NCBI GenBank assembly: GCA_022813965.1 | Contig: JALDZS010000054.1 | Location: forward strand, 62,001-126,000 | Source: Toensbergia leucococca | Lineage: Eukaryota | Direction: 5' to 3' | DNA: 64,000 nucleotides | Shown: one piece after another, positions 1-10,757 of the stretch | Numbering within the stretch: position 1 is the stretch's first letter | Layout of the letters: every line of letters begins with the position of its first letter | Translations under genes and position numbers: made by a program | The notes under the pieces: generated by a model | Databases searched by the model: none | Seen by the model: the letters and a program-made list of their open reading frames with translations, nothing else | What the model was told of the DNA's origin: nothing

Positions 1-2615
1 GTGGCGAACACGGGCGTTTCACACGTTGGTTGGCGTTATTGGGGGGACTTTTGCAAGAAATGACACTGGCTGATTTTTTGGAGAAGGGGTTTATGGCTTG
101 TTGATATCGGCTTCTATGGTGAATTGTTTTGACTTATTGTTTGCACTGTTTTATCCTCTTGTAGCGTTTGCGAGGACATTTCTAATGGGTAAAGCTTTTA
201 TTCTTTTTGGAACTTGTGTTGTACTACTATCTCTGTCTAGTATTTGAGTTAGCTAAAGTGAATAGAGTACATGATTGAAGTGGTTATTTTCCCGACAATC
301 TAGGCTTCTCAGTCTAGAGTCTCTGGGTTTTTGACGGAATGTAACCATAGCTATGTGAGTGATCTCATGATGAACTGACTGATTAGGCCTAGCGCTTTGA
401 TAGGGTTTGGCAATATTTCCATGACATTTGATAATTTTCTTCAGCTTTTGCTCCTAGTTTATTAGGAAATGTTTACCTGAAGTTCTTGTCAAGATATGTT
501 TTTTAAACAACATGCACATAATAGTACATGTGTTTTGAATGCAAAATTTTCTTCTTTTTGTATGAATAAATGTAACAGTGACAAGAAAATCTTTTCTTTG
601 AGTATCAAGAGCAGTATGTATGTCATTTGACTGCTTCTTTAAAAGACTGTGAGAAGATGAGGGTAAAGAAAAGAGTGATGATTCTGTCTTAGAGAGCTGT
701 CTCATAATACTTGATATGATGATTCACATCAGTAACATTCACTTCAACATTCTCTGACTGACATACTTGACCTCCAGAAGTAAATATGCATCCATCCTGT
801 TCTTCTCTGTAGGCAACACAAATTGGGTCAACGTCATCAGCTCTTCGTCATAGCGAGGATAAACGGTCGCTACCGAAGTCTTTGTGCCATCCACCATCAG
901 TGGCTGTACGGAGGCACTGCCTTACGACGATGTCTTGGAATTCTTGAAATCCTTCAGCATCTCAACAGCCGCCTGCCTATCCAGCAAAAATTGATTGCAG
1001 CTCAGCAATTCGATGAAAGGTTTTGGGAAGATCACCACCACCCCGTTGGTGATATTCCTTTCCCGTTCATTACCATTTGCCTGGTGCTTGGAGCGTCTTT
1101 TAGACCCGAGGATGGATGTTGTCACTCAGTTTCGGTTGAAAAGTTTGCAATGAAATATGATGAGGGCGATAACAACAACGGTGAGTTATCCAAGTTTCAT
1201 TTTCGAATGAGAGAATCTAGCCCTTTGCCCCATAAAATACATTGGCTTTTTAATTCCTTCGACAAGTCTTTGCATGTTGACTCATTGCCGCAGGAATCAC
1301 TGTGCTTGATATCACCGACCCAAGTCATGTTGGGTACTGCTTCGTTGACATTTTCGGCATGGAAAGCGAACGTGAAGTTCAGCTGATGACCCCATTGTCC
1401 GCACGCACATATGTCGAAGCATACGACGACACGAGGAATGTTTCCCGAGTAGTTGAAAGTCTAAAAGAATGGGATCTAATCCAAGTGGCCGTACTTCAGG
1501 ACGCATGGCCATCGGGAAAATGGGAGGAACCAGCAATTGACGAAAGAGCAAAGAACAATGCTAGCCCCGTTACTGGAATCGCTCCGAAAGAAAATATGAT
1601 GAGTCTGAGAGAACGAGCCATGGATTGTTTGATTCAGACTCTGTTGGATGAATCGGAGGGCGATCCACAGATCATATCTGATGCCGAGTTACTTACGGAC
1701 TTCCCTTCAAAGCTCAAACACAAGCTCTACGAGAAAGCGAGTGTCTTGAAATCGTTCTCGCTGCTTGTTCATTTGCTGTGCAGAGTCTTGAAAGATGATA
1801 CGGAGGTTGATCTAAGTCCATTCAAGACACTGGCTGCAGATGACCTTTCTGGTGTCGTCTCAAAGCTTCAAGAGCATGGCCACATGAGTACTTTGAATCT
1901 TTCAAATAGGCCTGATCTCACCGAGACTGATCTTGGTTTGATACTGAAGGACGTTTCTACCATCAAATCACTGCTCCTCTTGGAATGCATCCAGATCTCT
2001 GCTGAGTCTTTACTCTCTCAGCAACAAGGCTGTGAAGTCCTTCATTCAGAGCTCCTGAGAAGATCATTCAAGAACTCTCATAGGCTAATGCCATCCTCCC
2101 AATCAACCCATGAGTCTTTCATGGCGCCTGTCACTCATATATATTGGACCTCTGAGTCGGCCTGTCGCCTGGAAAATGGGAATATTAGCTGGGGAATGCT
2201 AGACCTCGAATGTCTGCACTTCAAAGAATTTTCTATTGTGGATAAAATTTCTCATCCCAGGCTGGTCGGTGGTCTTCTCCAACTGCTCAAATGGGCATCA
2301 CATGCGGATATCTATGCCTGGCCATTTTCAAAAGATATTTCGTATGTAGCCATGCATGCTTTTGCAATGCCTTTATTCGTTGCAAGCGGGCTTGGGAACA
2401 GAGTGCGCCCCCTCACCCAGATAACGAGATATGAACGAAAAACACCTGGCAGACATCCTACTGCAGAGGAACGTGAGCATCGGGCTATGGATCAGACTCC
2501 GAAAGCGGGCAAATGGGCGATTATTGTCCTTCAAGATGATGAAATCGAGCCCTTTGACCGATTGAAATCCACAATCGAGGCCGAGCTAGCCCACTATCGT
2601 CCCCGCAAGCGATTT

Positions 2616-3508
2616 TAGGGAAGCCTAACTGTGACTTACCGCAACATCGCAAAATCGCAAATCTTGAATCTTGATTTTCAGATTTTGCAGATAGATTTCT
2701 TCAATATCATCAATCACAACGCTAGATATTGTGACACATACTTGAAGTACTTGAGATCATTAACACTGACTCCGTTATCTGACAAGCCCTGCTATCTGCA
2801 GGCTCATCTGGAAGCCTACAATGTATAGGCAATAAAAGTCACATACACGGAAACACCGCAATATTCATGTCAGCAAAAGTCCTTATTCTCAGCTACACAG
2901 CAATAGATTCAGCAAAGTGATAGATCTCAGCATCGCAACATCACAGCATCACAGCATTGCAGCATCACAGCATCACAATGAGTCAGAGCTATAATAAGGC
3001 AACAATCACGCCGGCAAAAGGCCTTATCCTCAGCTATTTTACAGGGATCACAGTGATAGACCTACATCATCAAGAGACAACAGAAGTCCTACACATGATA
3101 GATGAAAGTCCTACACAGTAGGCACAAAGACATGAATTCAGAGGGAGTTGAGAAGAAAAGACTACGCACAGAGGCTATACAGAAGGCATAGGCCTGTGAA
3201 GTGAGAGGGAGTGTTAACAGATACACTTCTTCAGCTCTATATGCTTAGTGAGCGCACATAAGTAGCAGTTCTCCTCTGTAGCTATAGAATCAACTGTCAT
3301 CAACATACCTTCATGACAACAGTGAGCGCCCTATATGTAGCAGTTCTCCCCCTTAGCTATAGAATCAATCATCATCAACTCTGTTCTATCTCAACAATGA
3401 TGTTGAGAATTGAATGTTATTACAGTATACCTACATTGAAATGTGATGTTGATGGATTGATAATTTGATTTTCGCGATGTTGCGCTAAGTCACAGTTAGT
3501 CTTCCGTC
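2616..3508. mobile_element. Non-autonomous DNA transposon (MITE-like) with ~38-bp terminal inverted repeats
   Basis: Left end GGAAGCCTAACTGTGACTTACCGCAACATCGC-AAAATC (from 2619). Right end reverse complement GGAAGACTAACTGTGACTTAGCGCAACATCGCGAAAATC (to 3505). Flanked by direct repeat CGATTT (2610-2615, 3509-3514). AT-rich, CpG-poor interior with no transposase ORF. Confidence 0.85.
2928..2977. repeat. 8-bp tandem repeat (CAGCATCA), about 6 copies, inside the TIR element
   Basis: cagcatcg caacatca cagcatca cagcattg cagcatca cagcatca ca. Confidence 0.85.
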
Positions 3509-4479
3509 CGATTTCGGTACGCACTTGTCACGCCAGACCCGGCCTCAAAATCCCATGAAACTTGTTTCATTGTTGCGGATATTCCCCAGTATCTCAGTCA
3601 TTGCATGGAGAATCACCAAACCCAGCTGAGTTCTGCAGAGATACGACTATTGAGTGAGTGGTGGAACAAAGAGATTGCAGCGATCCGGAAAGCCGGGTTT
3701 TATGGAGAGGATGACATTCATGATATCTTGCGGAAGGTCTATCCTAGTGAGTGTGCAGCGAAGGTCTGAGGTTTTGCCCATAGAGGAGGTGGTAATCTTG
3801 AAGCGATGGATGAGACTGTTACTCGAAAATTGCAGCGGTTTACAGTCCGTTTGCGTGCCATCTAGAAGCCAAATTACCTGGGAGAAAACCCATGCTTTTG
3901 CACCACATAAATCCTGACTTGATTCCCGGGCGCATGATCACCTCCCCGGGGGCGCAAAAACATCATGATTCTGAATCACCTCCTTCCAAAATCATGAAAC
4001 ACCCTTGTTTTCTACAGGAACTGCCACCTCACCCCCCCTCCTCTAAGTCTTTGTCCCCCTCTATCTAGATCCTCACTCTCCCTGACCTTCTATTCATTCA
4101 AATTCAGGGAAAGTTCACGCTGTGTACGCCCTATCAAAGGCCTATTGTTCTCTCGCACCACGGGCTCCTGTAGGACTGCAGTGAAGGTGATAGATGGCAC
4201 GCGGAATCATGAGTGAGGTATAAGGCATGCAAAGGTGGTGGGGAATTGAGGCAAGATGTGGTGCGAAATGATAGATTTTCCTTCGGTGGTATTGCGCCCA
4301 AGGGGGGGGGGGGCGTGTCCATGTATCAAAAGAGGGTGTCCATGTATCAATTCCCTATCTTTAACTCTCTCAAGTAATTTTCTCACAAACCCCTTTCTCA
4401 ACTCATCACCAAAAAACAATTCCCTTCCCCTTCATTCCCTTCTCATCAAAACTACTTCCTTTCCCTTCTCTCCCTTCTC

Positions 4480-5470
4480 ATCAAACATAGAACTCACAAC
4501 TCCCTCTCACTCTTTGCTGACATTCATCTCTCTGTTCTGAACGATCAGATTCAGATTCAGCACAGCACTTCAGACTAACAAACTCAAGCTCATGCGTTCT
4601 CAAAAACAAGAAACCGCAATCAAAATCAAAATCAAAATCATAGAGACAGGCCGTCCTCCGATCCACCTCCAGATAACACAAATCAAGCAAACACTCTAGA
4701 CAACATTACTCAAGCGCCAAAGCCAGAGAGATGACTCAAGTATGATATCCCACAAGACCAATATCACCTCTATCCCATTCCCTGATAAATCTTTCAATTT
4801 TCGGATTCAATGTCTTCCAAAACTCAAAAAGTCATGACATCTTCAAGTGAAAAGACCAAGGCCAAGCTCAAGGGAAATCCATGCCTTTGGTACAGAGTCA
4901 TTCTCGAATCTTTGGAGCGGAGAAGGGCTGTGTGAAGGCGGGGTTGGGCGGGATGGGGTTTGAGGTGCTTGCTGCTTTTGCTTCAATGGGTCTGTCTGGT
5001 TGCACTGAGGTGAGGGTTTTGGGATGGTGGATTCATGGCGTGGAGCGGTCGGGTTGAGGAGAAGAGAAGGTGTGTGTTTTTTTTTTTTCGGGGTTTAGTT
5101 TTGTGGGGTGTGGGAAAGGGGGAAGTTGGTTGGGGTTTTGGGAGAGGTGGGTTGGAAGAGGGGATGAGATGGGCGAGGTGGGAGATGTGGAAGGAGTTTC
5201 GGACTGTGACTGTTTGAGCTCAGGAATTGTGGGGGTAGAGGAGTTGGGACGTCGAGTCGTGAGGGTTTTTTTTGATTTTTTTGCTATTCCCGGGCGTGCT
5301 TTTTTGCTTTGGGGGCGAGAGAGCTCGATGATTCTGTCTGAGATATGATCTAATTTGGATATTCAATCTGTGCTGCTTCTTGGTAAGGAGTGACAAGTCG
5401 AACGAGAGGTCTTCCAACAAGACAAGACAGGACTTGCACGAGGCAATTTCATGACCGGAAGAGCTCATTC
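4480..5470 (-). pseudogene. Possible decayed ORF remnant
   Basis: One minus frame reads KIRE*LCTKGMDFP*AWPWSFHLKMS*LFEFWKTLNPKIERFIREWDRGDIGLVGYHT*VISLALALE*CCLECLLDLCYLEVDRR. Stops are mostly TGA, compatible with CGA>TGA. No family recognised. Confidence 0.25.
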
Positions 5471-5794
5471 TAGAGCTGGAAAGGGAAAGTTGAATGAGAA
5501 GACCCGAGCGTTGATGCTATTTATTAGTCAGCAGAGCAGCAGAGTGCCAGGTCTTGATAACGAGGTCTTTCGCAAGTCGGTACTTGTCAGGGAGAAAGAA
5601 TGTATAGGCGCTATAGTGACTGTACTTGACCATAACAGTCCTATCGTGGGCATGACCTTAGATCAGAAAATGGCCCATTTCTCGGTACTTTCCATTGGGA
5701 AGGCAAAAGCGACTTCGGAGACTGCGGCCATCTGTACAGCCGGTACTTGTATCCGGCTATCCTTTGACACCTGCCTCCCTTGGCCGTTCCAACC

Positions 5795-7320
5795 AGAATG
5801 CCATCGAATTGGATGCAATTGTCGACATTCTAGCCTAGTAGCTTAAGACACTCAATTTTAAAAACTCAGGGGAATCGGCATTCAATCCGGGTTGAGTGAG
5901 AGGTACTAGGCTTTCGCTTTGCGCGGGTCATGCTCTTCCTCGTTCATAGCTACGCGGCTATTGTTCCTTCCTAGAAGTCAAACGGGACAGCGGCATCTGA
6001 AGCCGGAAGCTTGTTGAGAAAACAAAAGTGTCCGATTAGCACCGTTAGTACTAGCTTGCGCAGATTGACAGGGAGCATTCCATCAGAAACAGCGACGACA
6101 TCTTCCCATTTGACAGCGGCAAAGTTTGACAGCGACAAGGTTGTGGTCCCTGCACGAGTAACGTATGTCATTTCGACTATTGAGAGGCCTGGCATACGTG
6201 TATCAGCGAATAGAATTGGGCGAACTGTACATTGTCAATGTCACCTCATAGTCACATGAAGTGACCTCAGCGACGCTTATGCATACCACATTCGCCAGCT
6301 GGGTCTGGGATAAATTGCACTGCCGACAATGGACCCACCAAGGCACTGTCAGAGACTTGTGTGAGTTATAGACCATGGATGACTCGGGGATAGTCTATAG
6401 CTGCAGTACGCAGGTACCAGGATCGAGAGGAGAAGCCTCAACGTCTTTTCCAAGGATGGCACTTTCCTTCCATCTGGACCTACCAATCAGGTCTCATTGA
6501 TCAGCGGGCCTGATGCTGCAGGTCATGTTTCAGAGCGATGTCGTGCATGTCCAGCCTTGGCTGCATAAATGATCGACCAGACAGCACCAGGAAATGTCAC
6601 TTCATTGGCCCATGCTTGGCGCTTTCCAGATCCGTCATTACCAGTGCTCAGGTCACCCAGCTCACCAAGTTGACTGTGTCAGAAGGCACGAAGTGGCGTT
6701 GATTAATCTCCAGACTCATTCCGAGCACGACTAGTTTCGATCGGCCCAGTAGACGTAACAGCTGCAGATCGTATCATGTCTCTTCTTTCAATTGAACAGC
6801 TTTCTCAAAACCTCTCACCACCATCGAACATCTCATCTTGAGAAGATACCGTCGATAAGGTGCATCTTTGCACTCTTGCCACTTGCAACAAGTCAGGCGC
6901 AGAAACTGAGAAAGCTGGGCTTGAAAGGTTCGGAGCTTTCCCCTTTCCCCGCAATCTAGCTGCTCATTCCGAAGCCACCCATCTCCAAAAACAGTGGGGT
7001 TCAATCTTGAGCCAATCTGCAAGGTCAGGATAGCCGTTTTTGCCTCGCCCTTCAAATGTTAGTAGTCGATATTATGAGACACCCAAAGCAGGTTTCACTC
7101 TTGCTTGTGCTCATGATCCATAGAGCCCAAAGAAGAGTATCAGATGGTGATAGTAGCGGAGTGCTTGCAGACCAATTGCTAAGAGTTCTCTTGGAAATCC
7201 GTCTGACCTTTTTCTGCGAAATGTAAAGAAGCCAATCGACTACTGCAGTCTGATAATCCACCTACATTCCACTCACCTTGCGTTGCTCCTCGTGGCACGA
7301 CGCGTCCTCTTATATATCTC
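5795..7320 (+). promoter_or_regulatory. Upstream region of the BrlA-like gene: clustered CATTCY (AbaA/TEA-type) sites and a TATA-like element
   Basis: CATTCY or its complement at 5795, 5826, 6076, 6717, 6965 and 7265. TATATAT at 7311. Confidence 0.4.
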
Positions 7321-7394
7321 GGATGCACCTTTCTGCTATTCGATTGTCTTCTTCTACTTTTGTTGAAAATCCCATCGACCAGTCAGAGCTTGAA

Positions 7395-7466
7395 ATGTCT
7401 TATAAGCTTGTTGTCAACTGCTGTGATCTAGTATTATCCTCTGTGTCTTCCACTTGCCTATTCTAG
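7395..7466 (+). promoter_or_regulatory. Putative uORF (23 aa) in the leader of the C2H2 gene, followed by a 5'-UTR intron at 7525-7575
   Basis: ATG 7395 to TAG 7466 (MSYKLVVNCCDLVLSSVSSTCLF), downstream of the TATA-like site. Intron signals GTATGT...TTGAC...CTTAG lie before the main ATG at 7620. Confidence 0.4.
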
Positions 7467-7619
7467 ATTTCAAAAATCCTATACTTGTTTTTGTGTGGCT
7501 CTACTGCTCTTTCACGCTGAACTGGTATGTGTAGGTGAAGTTTAGATCGGTGGATGTAAGCGTTGACTACCTTAGTCTACCCAGGACCGAGACCAGTGTA
7601 CTCTCCTTTCATTTTCAAC

Positions 7620-8840
7620 ATGATGGAGACCTTTGCTTTATCGGGAATCAATCTTGAAATGCCCCTTGGCGATTCGCAATACGAAAGCGCATCAGCCAGC
7701 TCGATATCATCCAGTGGAGGTCCAGTAACTCCATTGACAACCCCTTCGACATCACGCCGGCCTTCGATAGCAATCCCTAGCACTCGACAACATGATATCT
7801 CCCACTCAATGTCGCAATCGAGAATACCGATAACCCCGGAACATGCAAGCCATTTCTCCATGGATCCCTTTGTGCCTTACGCACAATATTTATGCACCGT
7901 CTCTGCAGACGATGCATCATTCTTCGGTGGCAACGATGAGGCTGGTAGGCTCGACGAGAGCTTCTTGATGGCTTCAAGCACTGCGGAGAAGCAAGTGTTT
8001 CCCTGGGATCCTACACAGCTTCATGGAAGCCCATTAGAATCTTTCAATCACAGAGAGCTCATGGTAACGCAAGACAACGTTCCATTCGCACCTACCACTG
8101 GGGCCAATCCTTCTTTCTCGAGACCTATGTTCGATCAAACGCAGTCCTATATGGACTTTTCCACCCTGACTTGCAACAGCGAAGGGCCCTTTGAACTTTC
8201 ACCCCGAACCGTGGTACCTTCGCAAACATTTGCTCGACCAATGACTCCGCCTACTGCTTTGGCGGACCCATTCCTTACTCCGGTAAAAGTTGAAGTGTCC
8301 CCAACATCGTTCGCATCGCAGATGTCCGACCTATCATACGCATCCACCGACGCATATAGCCCGTATGCATCCTCGTTGCCGGACAATAGATTCGTGCCTC
8401 GCAGAAGTCTCGGTTCGATCAGTCAAAGGTGCCAGACACCTACTCGCAGGTCTCGTAAGAGCATGCCTTTAACCAAGTCTGAAGATGGTGGATTTGAGAT
8501 CGAGAAGATTCACGCAGGCAAAAACCCGTGTCTGAAATGTGGGAAAGCGTTCCGTCGGGGGGAGCACTTGAAACGCCATCAGAAAAGCAGGGAACACCGA
8601 CAGAATCACAACATCAACATCGAAGAAGCTCCATGGCTATGTGTGGTCCCGAAATGTGACAAGAAGCTGCCGACCGATCGAAATGATAACATCAAGGCTC
8701 ACCTTCGAACACACTTGAAGCCGAAAGGAAAGGTGTGGAGGAATAGGCCCGTCAGCGAAGACGAAGCGTTTAGATTAGGCATCTATGATATTTTACGCGG
8801 CTCACCTAGGAAGCAGCAAGTGCGAGAGTATGATGCATAA
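7620..8840 (+). CDS. brlA: C2H2 zinc-finger transcription factor, BrlA-like
   Basis: Intronless ORF from ATG 7620. Two C-terminal fingers CLKCGKAFRRGEHLKRHQKSREH and CVVPKCDKKLPTDRNDNIKAHLRTH followed by RNRPV. Non-finger motifs ANPSFSRPMF and SPRTVVPSQTFARPMTPP resemble motifs I recall from Aspergillus BrlA. The C2H2 call is firm; BrlA orthology is inference. Confidence 0.6.
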   Translation: MMETFALSGINLEMPLGDSQYESASASSISSSGGPVTPLTTPSTSRRPSIAIPSTRQHDISHSMSQSRIPITPEHASHFSMDPFVPYAQYLCTVSADDASFFGGNDEAGRLDESFLMASSTAEKQVFPWDPTQLHGSPLESFNHRELMVTQDNVPFAPTTGANPSFSRPMFDQTQSYMDFSTLTCNSEGPFELSPRTVVPSQTFARPMTPPTALADPFLTPVKVEVSPTSFASQMSDLSYASTDAYSPYASSLPDNRFVPRRSLGSISQRCQTPTRRSRKSMPLTKSEDGGFEIEKIHAGKNPCLKCGKAFRRGEHLKRHQKSREHRQNHNINIEEAPWLCVVPKCDKKLPTDRNDNIKAHLRTHLKPKGKVWRNRPVSEDEAFRLGIYDILRGSPRKQQVREYDA

Positions 8841-9023
8841 CGACGGCACCAACGACTTCATGGCATGTATGACGGACGAATCATGGGAAATAATTGGAAT
8901 CTTGTATCTATCTTCAATAATTCGTACCTTGTTTTTGCCTCCCATAGACACTTGCTGCATCAATTCATCCAGACTACCTTGGGAACAATGTATCCCAAGG
9001 GCTTTCCTCACATATCCTTTCAC

Positions 9024-9380
9024 TCATTCTGCTATTCTTTCATTGCCTTTCGCCTTCAAACCCATCTTACGTTTAGTGGCTTCCCATTTTTTCTTCAAAT
9101 ACGCTTTAAAGGCTTTGTAAGTCTTACTATCCTTGCGACGTGACGGGTACCCACGTCTATGAACATGTGCAGGAAGAGGCTCTCCTTCCGGGGTGGAGGG
9201 TTGGGACCCAGCCGAGGATAAAGGTGGCGACTGACCGATCGGACGGATTGAATCGGTAGAAGCTATGAAATCAGCCTGAATCGGCATTCGAAGTGTGAAG
9301 ATAATAGTGTTGATACCTCTAGCTGTTGTATGGCTCACGAGCTGACTCTGAGAGGTCGTTACGCTGCCGTGATTCGCCAT
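9024..9380 (-). CDS. Small orphan protein (~100 aa), basic C-terminus
   Basis: ATG 9380 (MANHGSVTT). In-frame 54-nt intron 9316-9263 (GTATCA...GCTGAT...CATAG). Ends KKKWEATKRKMGLKAKGNERIAE*. Confidence 0.4.
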   Translation of the reverse strand: MANHGSVTTSQSQLVSHTTARGINTIIFTLRMPIQADFIASTDSIRPIGQSPPLSSAGSQPSTPEGEPLPAHVHRRGYPSRRKDSKTYKAFKAYLKKKWEATKRKMGLKAKGNERIAE

Positions 9381-10302
9381 AGTGCTGCTGGTTATTTTAG
9401 AGCGGTATCGTGACGGTAATATTAACGGGATAAGGATCGCTTCTTTGCGACAATTGTGGGAGCCAATACTAGGTCCCTCGAGTACCAACGAATTTTTGTG
9501 ATTTGGACCTAGGAGAAGATCCTGATGGTTTCCCGCGATATCAATGAACAATTGTCTCAGGATTTGACAACGTCCTTCGTTAATCCGCGGCAAAGAAATA
9601 GACCGTCTTAAGAGATGTGCCTGTTGATGGCTAGACACTTTAGAGCGACGTGTAGAATTTCGTACTTCCGCGATACTCCCAAGTGATACAGAGCGTGGGA
9701 GTTTTGGTGCACTATCGGGCGTTGGATGGCGGCCCAGAAAGTTGGGTAGGGATGGCTGAAGGTTGGATTGGGATACACGACTCTGTGGATTGCGAATCCG
9801 TGCTTTCGGAAACGTTAAATGGGTGGAATCTGGAGATGGGGATGAAGGACTATGGGAGGTTTTCGAGAGGCTTCGAATCTATGTTGATTGGTGAGAATCA
9901 GGAGCCACGTCCGGTAGAAGTTAAGGGGGCGACTGCACCTGTGACTCCTCAACTGTTGAACCCTTGTACAAGACCGAGGAGATACTGGGTGGCTAAGATT
10001 TTGATTAGAAGAGATAGCTCATCGCTTCGGTCAGAAATCTTGCCTTCTTCTGTGATACACCACTATCGGACTCGGCGGAGCTTTCGTCTCGCTCAGCTCT
10101 GTCCTGGTCCAAGTTAGTACATAGAGCCAACCTGTAGATAAGGAACAAATGACTTACACGAGGAGGGTTGGCAAGAGGATGTGCTCCAAACGCAAAGTCG
10201 CGCTCTATAAATCCCTAAAACCCTTTCAGTTCACGAGACTTTGGAGACAAAGCATATAAGAGCTCTACTTTACTGTCAAGTCCCGGAGATGACAGCCGTA
10301 TC

Positions 10303-10757
10303 TCAGTTGTCGTACTTGTAAGGGGCTTGATGCTGTTAGTAGTAGCCAAGTACCGCTCAATGGGTTTACTCACATCCGATATGTTGCCTTCCTCGTGTTC
10401 AGGTTCTCTATCCTCGTCAGAGACTTCTCTCTCCGTATCTTGCTTGAAGTGCTCCTTGACAGCTTGTGGCTGTACTATGGTGATTGTCAAACCCCGGATC
10501 AAGCTGTGGGGGCACGACCCAAGGTTAGGGCGAAACATACCATGTGGTCCGCCTAGCCACGATTCTCTCGGTATCTGCGTTTCAAGGCAGGATGAGGACA
10601 CACATTTTCTACTTGTCTCTATGGATGGAGAAGTGGTAACTGAAGATTCGGAGCTGACTGAGCGTTCATTAACTAGCAGGATAACTGTCGTGTTGGGGTC
10701 AGACAAAGAGGTCGTGATGCGTGAAGAAGAAGGTTGGTTTTCATGGTTGATCTCCAT
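10303..10757 (-). CDS. Small orphan Ser/Glu-rich protein (3 exons)
   Basis: ATG 10757 (MEINHENQP). Introns 10540-10475 (GTATGT...CATAG) and 10373-10333 (GTGAGT...CTAACAG, only 41 nt). Ends DHQAPYKYDN*. Confidence 0.35.

Larger units (their letters stand above)
823..3769 (+). pseudogene. Fungal conserved hypothetical protein (N-terminus xGQRHQLFVIARINGRYRSLCAIHHQWLYG), disrupted by a TIR element and lacking an ATG
   Basis: Exon 1 823-1180; GT-AG intron 1181-1293 joins ...DNNNG|ITVLDITDP; exon 2 runs to 2615 and stops at TAG 2616-2618 at the insertion edge. The frame resumes at 3515 (RYALVTPDP...KV, TGA 3767-3769). The first codon is TTG. Confidence 0.75.

Noticed and set aside
3247..3379. Direct repeats as a CRISPR-like array
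   Set aside because: Only two imperfect copies inside a transposon in eukaryotic DNA, with no cas genes.
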